A model generated the notes under the pieces. It ran no database searches. It saw nothing but the letters and a program-made list of their open reading frames with translations, and was not told the DNA's origin. The position numbers and the translations under genes were made by a program. Shown here piece by piece: positions 9,124 to 16,999 of a stretch of 64,000 bases of DNA (position 1 is its first letter; each line of letters opens with the position of its first letter). The stretch spans positions 1 to 64,000 of the forward strand of contig JAWBQR010000003.1 of assembly GCA_038845265.1 (NCBI GenBank), written 5' to 3'. The stretch is from Nitrososphaerota archaeon (GTDB lineage Archaea; Thermoproteota; Nitrososphaeria_A; Caldarchaeales; Calditenuaceae).

Positions 9124-10551
9124 ATGGAAGACATATTGAATTATGCATTAAGAATGGCATCTAAAATGAACGTAAAATATGCAGAAGCTAGATATCAGGC
9201 AAACATGTATGAAGAGTCTCTGTTAAAAAATGGTGTACCAGAAATAAGCAGTAAATCACATAGTAAAGGAATAGGGATTAGAGTAATAGTCAACTCTGCC
9301 ATGGGGTTTTCATCAACAAGTACGATCACGAAAAGCAAGATTGAGGAAGCCGTAAAGGAGGCTGTTGGCTTAGCAAAATCATCTTTGATGCTGACAAAAA
9401 AGGGAATAAATCTATCTGAAGAGACCATGCATAGTGATAAAGTTGTTATTAAGCCTAGGATAAATCCTGAATACGTTGCGTCTGAAAGTAGGTTAGAGTT
9501 GTTGAAAATAATAGATGATGAGATGTTAGGCGTAGCTAAGAAGATGAATGTTAAAGTCTCAGGAAGATTGTTAAGCGTTGGATATAGTGTTGTAGAAAAA
9601 ATGATCATGAATACGGATGGAACAAATATATATACAAAACTTCCATACGAAATGGCTACATATTCATTTGTTATATCAGCGAATAATCGTTCATTACAAA
9701 GATACGAAAATATGGGTGCTACTGGTGGATGGGAGATAGTGGAGCGATGGTTATTGGATGAAAAAATTAGAGAAGAAGCGATTAATATTAGCAAAGCAGT
9801 TCTAAGCGCGAAGTCTCCCCCCTCAGACAAGATAGATGTAATTCTTGGATCAGAGATCGTAGGAATAGTTTGCCATGAGTCTACAGGTCATCCGTCAGAA
9901 GCAGATAGAATATTGGGGAGAGAAGCTGCACAAGCAGGTGAAACATATATAACTCCTGAATTAATCGGCAAACAGATTGGGTCTAAAGCCGTAACAATTG
10001 TTGATAATCCAGTAATTCCGGGATCCTTTGGGTACTATGTATATGATGACGAGGGCGTTAAGGCTCGTGAGAGAATTTTGGTAGAAGAGGGAAGAATTAA
10101 GGAATTCCTTCACAATAGAGAAACAGCCGCCGAGTTTGGTGTTAAAAGTAATGGAGCAGCCAGGGCTAGTTCTTATAATAGAGAACCAATGATAAGAATG
10201 TCGAACACGTATATGAAGCCTGGTGATTATTCATTTGAAGAGTTAATCGAAGATATTAAGCTGGGAGTCTATATAAAAAGTTACTTAGAATGGAATATAG
10301 ATGATAAGCGATGGAATCAGAGATATGTCGGCGTAGAGTCATACCTAATCAACAATGGAAGAATAACAGACATGCTGTACCAACCAGCTATAGAATTAAC
10401 TACACAAGGACTATATTCATCCATCGATGCCATAGGTAAAGATCTAGCATTTTATGCCGGGTACTGCGGAAAAGGTGACCCGATACAGGCAGTTCCAGTC
10501 TGGTTTGGAGGACCGCCAGTCCGCCTACGAAACGTTAAGCTAAGTACATAA
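9124..10551 (+). CDS. tldD: TldD/PmbA family metalloprotease (TldD type)
   Basis: HESTGHPSEADR zinc motif, YDDEGV, RMSNTY, CGKGDPIQ. Confidence 0.92.
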   Translation: MEDILNYALRMASKMNVKYAEARYQANMYEESLLKNGVPEISSKSHSKGIGIRVIVNSAMGFSSTSTITKSKIEEAVKEAVGLAKSSLMLTKKGINLSEETMHSDKVVIKPRINPEYVASESRLELLKIIDDEMLGVAKKMNVKVSGRLLSVGYSVVEKMIMNTDGTNIYTKLPYEMATYSFVISANNRSLQRYENMGATGGWEIVERWLLDEKIREEAINISKAVLSAKSPPSDKIDVILGSEIVGIVCHESTGHPSEADRILGREAAQAGETYITPELIGKQIGSKAVTIVDNPVIPGSFGYYVYDDEGVKARERILVEEGRIKEFLHNRETAAEFGVKSNGAARASSYNREPMIRMSNTYMKPGDYSFEELIEDIKLGVYIKSYLEWNIDDKRWNQRYVGVESYLINNGRITDMLYQPAIELTTQGLYSSIDAIGKDLAFYAGYCGKGDPIQAVPVWFGGPPVRLRNVKLST

Positions 10552-10595
10552 GCAAGACAATAAGTGAGCTCTTAAACATGTATTGCATAATAATT

Positions 10596-10668
10596 TGGGC
10601 CGGGTGGGATTCGAACCCACGACCTCCGCCGCGTCAGGGCGGCGTCATAGCCTCTAGACTACCGGCCC
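10596..10668 (-). tRNA. tRNA-Val(GAC)
   Basis: Minus strand folds as a cloverleaf: GGGCCGG acceptor stem, CCGCC-CT GAC GC-GGCGG anticodon arm, GTGGG TTCGAAT CCCAC T arm. No intron; CCA not encoded. Confidence 0.96.
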
Positions 10669-10836
10669 TCTGTTGAGGGGTTAAACAGGATAATTAATAA
10701 ATGCATCGCTTATTATAATAGGTTGAGCATGCTATTCAATGGTCGATCTAAGGAGATTTAATTCAAATGTTGAAGGAGAATTGAGATTTTTGTTGATGCG
10801 TAATACTTATATTCCTATTTAAACGATAGTTTTTTC

Positions 10837-11262
10837 ATGGGTGTTAAGAAGGAGAAATTATCGATGATAGTTTTCTCTGGTACAGATGATAAGTTATATC
10901 CTGTCTCTATACTTGCTAGTGGTGCAGCTGCCCTCGGGTTAGATGTAGAGATATTCTTAACCTTCTGGGGATTAAATGCTTTTAGAAAAGATGTATTAAA
11001 AAGAGAAATGAGGATATCCAAGGATTTTGAAGAAGCGACTCCCGTTGTATCTAATATATTTAGAGAGAAGAATGTCCCACACTGGTACGATATGCTGAAA
11101 CAAGCTAAAGAAGCAGGAAACGTAAAGGTCTACGCATGCGCCATGACCTATGATTTATTCAGCATGAGGAAGGAAGATCTAGCAGATATAGTGGATGGAG
11201 TAGTAGGAGTAGGAGAGTTCTTAGAGAAAGCTAAAGAGAGCAGTATAACACTATTCATATAG
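10837..11262 (+). CDS. DsrE/DsrF-family sulfur carrier (DsrE2-like)
   Basis: [24 protein letters not shown] with the conserved Cys, GVGEFL. Confidence 0.9.
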   Translation: MGVKKEKLSMIVFSGTDDKLYPVSILASGAAALGLDVEIFLTFWGLNAFRKDVLKREMRISKDFEEATPVVSNIFREKNVPHWYDMLKQAKEAGNVKVYACAMTYDLFSMRKEDLADIVDGVVGVGEFLEKAKESSITLFI

Positions 11263-11279
11263 CTTGGAGAGATGAGGAC

Positions 11280-11525
11280 ATGACGTCTGGAGAACATAGG
11301 GTTAGTAAAATAGTAGATGCTAGAGGGAGTCATTGCCCAGGTCCATTGATGGAACTTATAAAAGCCATAAGGAGTGCTCAGGTTGGAGAAGTGATAGCAG
11401 TATATTCTACGGACAGCGGTTCGAAGACTGATATACCTTTATGGGTAAAGAAAGCCGGACATGAATTAATAGGAGTATATGAGAAAGAAGGGTATACAGA
11501 ATTCATTGTAAAGAAAGTTCGATAA
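11280..11525 (+). CDS. tusA: Sulfur carrier protein, TusA family
   Basis: [11 protein letters not shown] motif, D.GS..DIP.W. Confidence 0.92.
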   Translation: MTSGEHRVSKIVDARGSHCPGPLMELIKAIRSAQVGEVIAVYSTDSGSKTDIPLWVKKAGHELIGVYEKEGYTEFIVKKVR

Positions 11526-11531
11526 TTTACT

Positions 11532-12662
11532 ATGAAGAAGATTGTGATACTTGGTGGAGGAACAGGTGGCACGATAGTAGCTAATGTATTAGCTAGGAAG
11601 ATATCGAGAGACATTGAAATATTAGTTATCAACGATTCTCCTTACCACATCTATCAACCAGCTTTTCTATATAGAGCTCTGGGGGAAATGCTAGATCAGT
11701 CAAAGATCATGAGAGAAGAGAGAAGATTATTGAATAAGAATGTGAAGTTAATTATTGATAAAGCTTTAAAAATAAATCTACAGAACAGGCTAATACATCT
11801 AGAGAGTGGGAAACAATTAGACTATGATTATTTAGTTATCTCAACAGGCTCAAGAATAGTTCCTGAAGAAGTTCAAGGATACCAAGCATCATATAATTTC
11901 TACAGCCTTGAAGATGCTGATAGACTTCATAAAGCATTAGAAAGATTTAGTGAAGGTGTAATAGTGGTAGGAGTAGGCGGTATACCCTATAAGTGTCCGC
12001 CAGCTCCGGCAGAGTTTTGCTGTCTACTAGATTATTATTTCACGAAGAGAGGAATTAGGAATAGAGTCGAGATACATTACTTATCTCCTCTACCTAGAAC
12101 ATTTCCACATGAAGCAGTAGCAGAATCAATAACAGAGATAATGGAAGAGAAGGGGATAGGTTGGCATCCAATGTTCAATATAGAATCCATAGATCCAGAA
12201 AAGAAAATAGTAAATTCTCTTGAAGGAGAATCATTAAAATTTGATCTACTCGTAATTGTCCCACCTCATAGAGGTGCAGAAGTGATAGAAAGATCTGAGC
12301 TAGGCGTTGAAGGGGGCTGGATACCTGTGGACAGACACACTCTTCAGTATAGAGATTATGATGAGGTCTATGCTATAGGTGATGCAACGAACTTACCTGT
12401 ATCAAAAGCAGGCTCAGTAGCACATTTTGAAGCGAAAGTAGTTGCTGAGCGCGTATTTTCAGATCTCATGGGCTATACTCCTACGGCAGTATATGATGGA
12501 AGAGTTACATGCTTCTGTGATGCAGGATTCAAGAAAGCAATACACATGAGCTTCAACTATGAGAAACCACCTAAAAAGCCTAAGTTCAGTTATCTATGGT
12601 ATCTGGGTAAAGAGATGGTAAATAAATTTTATTGGAGCTTGATATTGAAAGGCATAATTTAG
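11532..12662 (+). CDS. sqr: Sulfide:quinone oxidoreductase-like FAD-dependent oxidoreductase
   Basis: GGGTGG Rossmann motif, YKCPPAP, AIGDAT, SKAGSVAH, YDGRVTCF, amphipathic C-terminus. Confidence 0.82.
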   Translation: MKKIVILGGGTGGTIVANVLARKISRDIEILVINDSPYHIYQPAFLYRALGEMLDQSKIMREERRLLNKNVKLIIDKALKINLQNRLIHLESGKQLDYDYLVISTGSRIVPEEVQGYQASYNFYSLEDADRLHKALERFSEGVIVVGVGGIPYKCPPAPAEFCCLLDYYFTKRGIRNRVEIHYLSPLPRTFPHEAVAESITEIMEEKGIGWHPMFNIESIDPEKKIVNSLEGESLKFDLLVIVPPHRGAEVIERSELGVEGGWIPVDRHTLQYRDYDEVYAIGDATNLPVSKAGSVAHFEAKVVAERVFSDLMGYTPTAVYDGRVTCFCDAGFKKAIHMSFNYEKPPKKPKFSYLWYLGKEMVNKFYWSLILKGII

Positions 12663-12720
12663 ACAGAAATACAAGAAGAAGTACCTACATTTAAGAGAGG
12701 GCGGTTAAGGATCGCTGAAG

Positions 12721-12791
12721 ATGGTCCGAGAGATTAAGTTGAATGGTAGAATATTGTATGTAAAGACTGTAAGATGAGAATTAAATTATGA
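12721..12791 (+). pseudogene. Possible frameshifted remnant of a small CxxC protein
   Basis: MVREIKLNGRILY continues in a shifted frame as CKDCKMRIKL*. Confidence 0.25.
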
Positions 12792-12814
12792 TCATTAAAC
12801 TCGAATCATTTCGA

Positions 12815-12838
12815 TAGGATATAAATTTTAATATCCTA
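12815..12838. repeat. Inverted repeat TAGGATAT-N8-ATATCCTA
   Basis: Perfect 8-bp arms read directly from the sequence. Confidence 0.6.
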
Positions 12839-12938
12839 CAACCCAAAGTGAATAAAAATAAAAAAGAACTTTTATGAGAATGGCAGAATTAACATAATTT
12901 TTTTATTAAAAAATATGTATGAAAATTTTACGAAATAT

Positions 12939-13009
12939 TGGGCGAATGAAATTTGAACATTAACCTCCATTAGGGGAGGACGGGCCATAGCTACTAGACC
13001 AACAGCTCC
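12939..13009 (-). pseudogene. Degenerate tRNA-like sequence (tRNA pseudogene or att remnant)
   Basis: Aligns end to end with tRNA-Val at 10596-10668 (TGGGC..AT-TTGAAC..ACCTCC..CATAGC..CTAGAC..), but the stems are broken. Confidence 0.6.
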
Positions 13010-13035
13010 TTCAATTTGTTTTTCTATTATTTTAT

Positions 13036-13572
13036 TTAATTTTTCTTTGCAGCTTTACCTGCCCTGCTTGGATGAATAGTTATTTTTGCATCTGGGAATT
13101 TTTGGTTATATACTGAATTTCCAATTAGGTCTCTTAGGAATAATGCAAGTGCTGCTACCTCACTGTGTGGCTGGTTGGTTATGGCTACATTAATGTCTGC
13201 TAGTCTATATATCTCTGCTGGAACCTTTGCTCCCCCAACGATAACTAGTAAATTTCTTCGTTTAAAATTTTCTTTTATCTCATCTAATACCTCAGGTAAA
13301 TTAGCGCCATACATCGTGAGGTGTACAATATAATCACCTTGACTTTTAGCATTAGATATGATTTCCTTCCAGCTATTTGAGTATCGAATTTTAAATTTAC
13401 CTCCCCATTTTTCTACTACTCTGTTTATTGAACTTATTAAAATATCGTCCTTTTCACCGGTAAATATAATTTCATCTACGCCTAATGCTCGTGCTGTAAG
13501 AGCCACATGAGTTGTTATTCTTTGATCTCTTTTAATTCTGTGCCCAAGCCTTAAGACTGTTACTCTTTGCAT
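13036..13572 (-). CDS. trm56: tRNA (cytidine(56)-2'-O)-methyltransferase aTrm56
   Basis: LRLGHR..RDQRITTHVALTARA, HLTMYG, VGGAKVP, NQPHSEVAALA. Confidence 0.95.
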   Translation of the reverse strand: MQRVTVLRLGHRIKRDQRITTHVALTARALGVDEIIFTGEKDDILISSINRVVEKWGGKFKIRYSNSWKEIISNAKSQGDYIVHLTMYGANLPEVLDEIKENFKRRNLLVIVGGAKVPAEIYRLADINVAITNQPHSEVAALALFLRDLIGNSVYNQKFPDAKITIHPSRAGKAAKKN

Positions 13573-13575
13573 ATC

Positions 13576-14082
13576 TCAACTTAGCATCTTTTCTATCTCT
13601 GAGATTTTTTTATCTATAGTTAATAAGATGGGAGAGGGGTCAAAATAGTTAAGTTTTTGTCCACAAGATGGGCACTTAAAGAAATTATCAATAGCAGTAT
13701 CAAACGTATATTTTTTGCATGAAATATTCCCGCACCAGTAAAATTGATTTTTCTCAAAATGCTCTCTTAAAACTTTTAATCGACCATATATTTTCTTCAG
13801 CTGTGCTTTTACTACTCCTATTATTTGCTCCTGTTGTAATCTCCATTTGAACACTCTCCTATTATTTTTCTTGTCAAAAGCCATCTCATACGTAAGTAGT
13901 GACAAGTCATGAAGATTATGTAAGATTTTTCTTACGTGTTTTACATCCATATCTAGGGTAGATGCCAATTCATCATCTGTCAAGCCGGGCTTTTTAATTA
14001 ATTTCTGAGCTATTTTGGCAGCATCATCTCCTCCAACAATTCTGATTAACTCGATAACTCCGTCCTCATCAATTATCATCAA
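13576..14082 (-). CDS. tfe: Transcription factor E alpha subunit
   Basis: Winged-helix TDDELA...VRKILH.L plus Zn ribbon C-x4-C...F.CP.CG; adjacent to trm56. Confidence 0.9.
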   Translation of the reverse strand: MMIIDEDGVIELIRIVGGDDAAKIAQKLIKKPGLTDDELASTLDMDVKHVRKILHNLHDLSLLTYEMAFDKKNNRRVFKWRLQQEQIIGVVKAQLKKIYGRLKVLREHFEKNQFYWCGNISCKKYTFDTAIDNFFKCPSCGQKLNYFDPSPILLTIDKKISEIEKMLS

Positions 14083-14196
14083 TTTGAATTCCAGATTATA
14101 ATTGGTATACCTGAAATATAAGTTATTTTTTTATCTTTAAAAATTGGTCATACATTCTTTAAATTTAATGAATGCATCATCTAAGGCAGAACAAGG

Positions 14197-15132
14197 ATGA
14201 TCACGGTTTCCCTCAAGGATGTTACACTAATTAAAGGTAATAAAGTGGTACTATCAAAAATAGATATCGACCTTTTTGAAGGAGAGCAACTCACAATTTT
14301 TGGAAATAGTGAAGCGGATATATTATTAGCTATAATCGCTGGAATAATACCTCCAACTCAAGGTGATGTTGAGGTCCTAGGACACAACTTGTTAAAAAAC
14401 CGTCGACAATTACTATCGCAAATTGGATATATTCCTCCTAAACCATATATTCCGTCATTTATGAAAGTAAGAGAATATTTAGAACTATCAATAAAAATGA
14501 GAGGAACTAAAGATCAAGACCAAAGAGAACAAATAAAATCATCTTTAGAAAAGCTTAAACTTACTGAGCTCTCAGATAAACCCATAAGGACGCTGAGCGA
14601 CTCTGAAAAAAAGATGGTCGCCCTAGCTTCAGTGTTTATCACACATAATAAATTATTTGTTCTTTCTAATCCATTTGACAATTTATCACCTCATCATCGT
14701 GAATCAGTTATAGAATTTCTTAGAACTGCCTCAAAAGAAGGAGCGACATGCATATTTACAAGCTCTACTTTTGATCACTTAAGAGAAACGGATAAGATTG
14801 CAATAATGAAAGATGGTAAAATCTTAGCTCAAGGCATATTAAAGAGCCTTATCCAAATGATGTATGATGAACAATACTTAATGCTAAAGGTTGTAGACAC
14901 AAAAACTGTAATTGATAAATTAAGTAAATTCCCTACCGTAAAGAAGATTGGATTAGGACGTGATGGCACGGTAAAGCTATGGCTGAAAGATTTCGATAGT
15001 AATGTTTCATCAACAATTGAGTTATTGTTTTCACTAAACTTAGGCATCAGGCAGGTTTCAATTAAGCAAATAGATATAGTGGAATCATGTAAACAATTAT
15101 ATCAAAAAACAATGAAAGGTGAGCATAGTTGA
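14197..15132 (+). CDS. ABC-ATPase-fold protein with degenerate catalytic motifs
   Basis: Overall ABC-2 ATPase layout, but Walker A/B, signature, Q-loop and H-switch are all altered. Confidence 0.8.
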   Translation: MITVSLKDVTLIKGNKVVLSKIDIDLFEGEQLTIFGNSEADILLAIIAGIIPPTQGDVEVLGHNLLKNRRQLLSQIGYIPPKPYIPSFMKVREYLELSIKMRGTKDQDQREQIKSSLEKLKLTELSDKPIRTLSDSEKKMVALASVFITHNKLFVLSNPFDNLSPHHRESVIEFLRTASKEGATCIFTSSTFDHLRETDKIAIMKDGKILAQGILKSLIQMMYDEQYLMLKVVDTKTVIDKLSKFPTVKKIGLGRDGTVKLWLKDFDSNVSSTIELLFSLNLGIRQVSIKQIDIVESCKQLYQKTMKGEHS

Positions 15133-15812
15133 GAAGTTTGTTATTATTAGAATTTTTAAACATGTATAGAGCATTACATATAATTATACCAATACTTATC
15201 CTACCAACAATTATTTTATGTTCATCAATTTTTCTTCCATTTGACCAAGGAATATTTATCTTCTCTTCTGTTTTTTCTATGCAAATGCTAATGCTATTAT
15301 CACCATTACTACTTTCTGAAATATTGAAGGGTGGATGGAGGCTTATTTATCAAGCGGGAATAATCTATGATACGTTTAAAGTCATTCCAACAATTATTTT
15401 TAGCTCGATAATCATTGCTCTACCCGCAGTATCGATATTCGCAAGTCTTTACACAATTCTAGTTAGTAATTTGTTTTCACTTACCATCTTTATCTCGCTG
15501 TTAAGTATTTGTCTTTTCTCATACGCAGTTGGATCCTTTTTTAAGGCGTTATTAAATGATCAGATACATGCACTTATTCTTTGCATCTTATATGAGGTAG
15601 TATTGCTGCCATTTACAATGATAATCAACTATTATCCTACTCAAAATTTTTCTGGCATGATGTGGCCGTTATTAATACTTATTAATAATATAGTAAATCC
15701 GAGCGTAGTTCATATCGAATTTGAATTAATCAGTAATATTGAATGTTTTTCGGCATATTTCTTCCTGGTTATTATTTCATCGTGGCTATTATGCAGAAGA
15801 ATAAAGTTATGA
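15129..15812 (+). CDS. Putative ABC-2 type permease (about 6 TM)
   Basis: Highly hydrophobic; overlaps the upstream ABC-like gene by 4 nt. Confidence 0.6.
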   Translation: MRSLLLLEFLNMYRALHIIIPILILPTIILCSSIFLPFDQGIFIFSSVFSMQMLMLLSPLLLSEILKGGWRLIYQAGIIYDTFKVIPTIIFSSIIIALPAVSIFASLYTILVSNLFSLTIFISLLSICLFSYAVGSFFKALLNDQIHALILCILYEVVLLPFTMIINYYPTQNFSGMMWPLLILINNIVNPSVVHIEFELISNIECFSAYFFLVIISSWLLCRRIKL

Positions 15813-15910
15813 TACTCTCTATTTATTGAAATAAATATGCTTAGCTTCCACATCGTCTATCAATAGTTATTAATTAATAAATAATTCAGCATTATGGGTT
15901 AGAAGCTGTA

Positions 15911-16813
15911 TTGGCTATACTTGTTGACGAGAAAACTAGGGTAGTGGTTCAGGGAATAACTGGCAGGGAGGGTAGGACACATACTGAGGCTATGCTTAGT
16001 TATGGTACTAGAATCGTTGCAGGAGTCACGCCCGGTAAGGGTGGTTCAGAGATGCTGGGAATTAAGGTTTATGACTACGTTGAAGAGGCAATTAAGGAAC
16101 ATCCTGAGATTAATACATCGATAGTTTTCGTGCCTGCCCAGGCGGCAACGGATGCTTGCTATGAGGCAATAGATGCAGGGATAAAACTGATAGTAGTCAT
16201 AACTGAGGGAATTCCTATTCATGAGACTTTAAAGCTTGTTAGGTATGCCAGATATAAGGGCTCAAGAATTGTAGGCCCTAATTCTCCAGGCATAATCAGT
16301 CCCGGTAAATCTAAAGTGGGGATAATGCCCTCTAATCTCTTCTCTCCAGGCGATGTTGGCATAATCTCTCGTAGTGGTACTTTAGCATATGAAGTCGCAA
16401 TGAATCTGACGAAAATGGGAATTGGGCAGAGCACAGCCATAGGGATAGGGGGAGATCCAGTCGTCGGAACAAATTTAATCGATGTATTAGAGATGTTCAG
16501 CAGGGATAAAGAGACTAAGTACATAGTCATTATTGGCGAGATAGGAGGGGATGCAGAAGAGAGAGCAGCACGATACCTAGAAGAGGTTAGGTACGAGAAG
16601 CCTGTAATAGCATATATTGCTGGAAAGAGTGCGCCGCGTGGGAAAAGGATGGGACATGCCGGTGCAATAATATCGATGGGCGTCGGAGATTTTAATTCAA
16701 AGATTGATGCGTTGTCTCACGCGGGCGTAAAAGTAGCCAGGTCACCTAATGAAATTGCGAAAATACTCAGCACATTGGGTAGGAGTAAGGATGATCAAAA
16801 GCCACTACATTAA
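15911..16813 (+). CDS. sucD: Succinate--CoA ligase alpha subunit
   Basis: VQGITGREG, GVTPGKGG, SRSGTL, GKRMGHAGA containing the phospho-His. Confidence 0.95.
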   Translation: MAILVDEKTRVVVQGITGREGRTHTEAMLSYGTRIVAGVTPGKGGSEMLGIKVYDYVEEAIKEHPEINTSIVFVPAQAATDACYEAIDAGIKLIVVITEGIPIHETLKLVRYARYKGSRIVGPNSPGIISPGKSKVGIMPSNLFSPGDVGIISRSGTLAYEVAMNLTKMGIGQSTAIGIGGDPVVGTNLIDVLEMFSRDKETKYIVIIGEIGGDAEERAARYLEEVRYEKPVIAYIAGKSAPRGKRMGHAGAIISMGVGDFNSKIDALSHAGVKVARSPNEIAKILSTLGRSKDDQKPLH

Positions 16814-16999
16814 TTTGTATCATACTCAGAATATAGCTATTAAGAAATCGCTACAATGTATTTTTTAGTTAAAGGAAGAATACATCGTGGCCATAAATGT
16901 ATTAGACATGATCCACATTCGGTTAATTTCTGGAAACTAATGGGTACAGATACTCTATAAATATCATCCCTAAGGTTATATTTAGTAGGGTGAGCGCCT

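Larger units (their letters stand above)
10669..12938. mobile_element. Putative decayed genomic islet carrying dsrE-tusA-sqr
   Basis: Bracketed by tRNA-Val and a degenerate same-strand tRNA-like copy, with unusually long non-coding flanks for this window. No integrase present. Confidence 0.4.

Noticed and set aside
9195-9830. 211-aa antisense ORF inside tldD
   Set aside because: Shadow of a well-supported gene, with S/I/F/L-rich composition typical of reverse frames and no motifs.
12939-13009. Functional tRNA-Gly(CCC) or split-tRNA half
   Set aside because: Acceptor, anticodon and T stems do not pair, and no bulge-helix-bulge or complementary leader is evident; kept only as a pseudogene.
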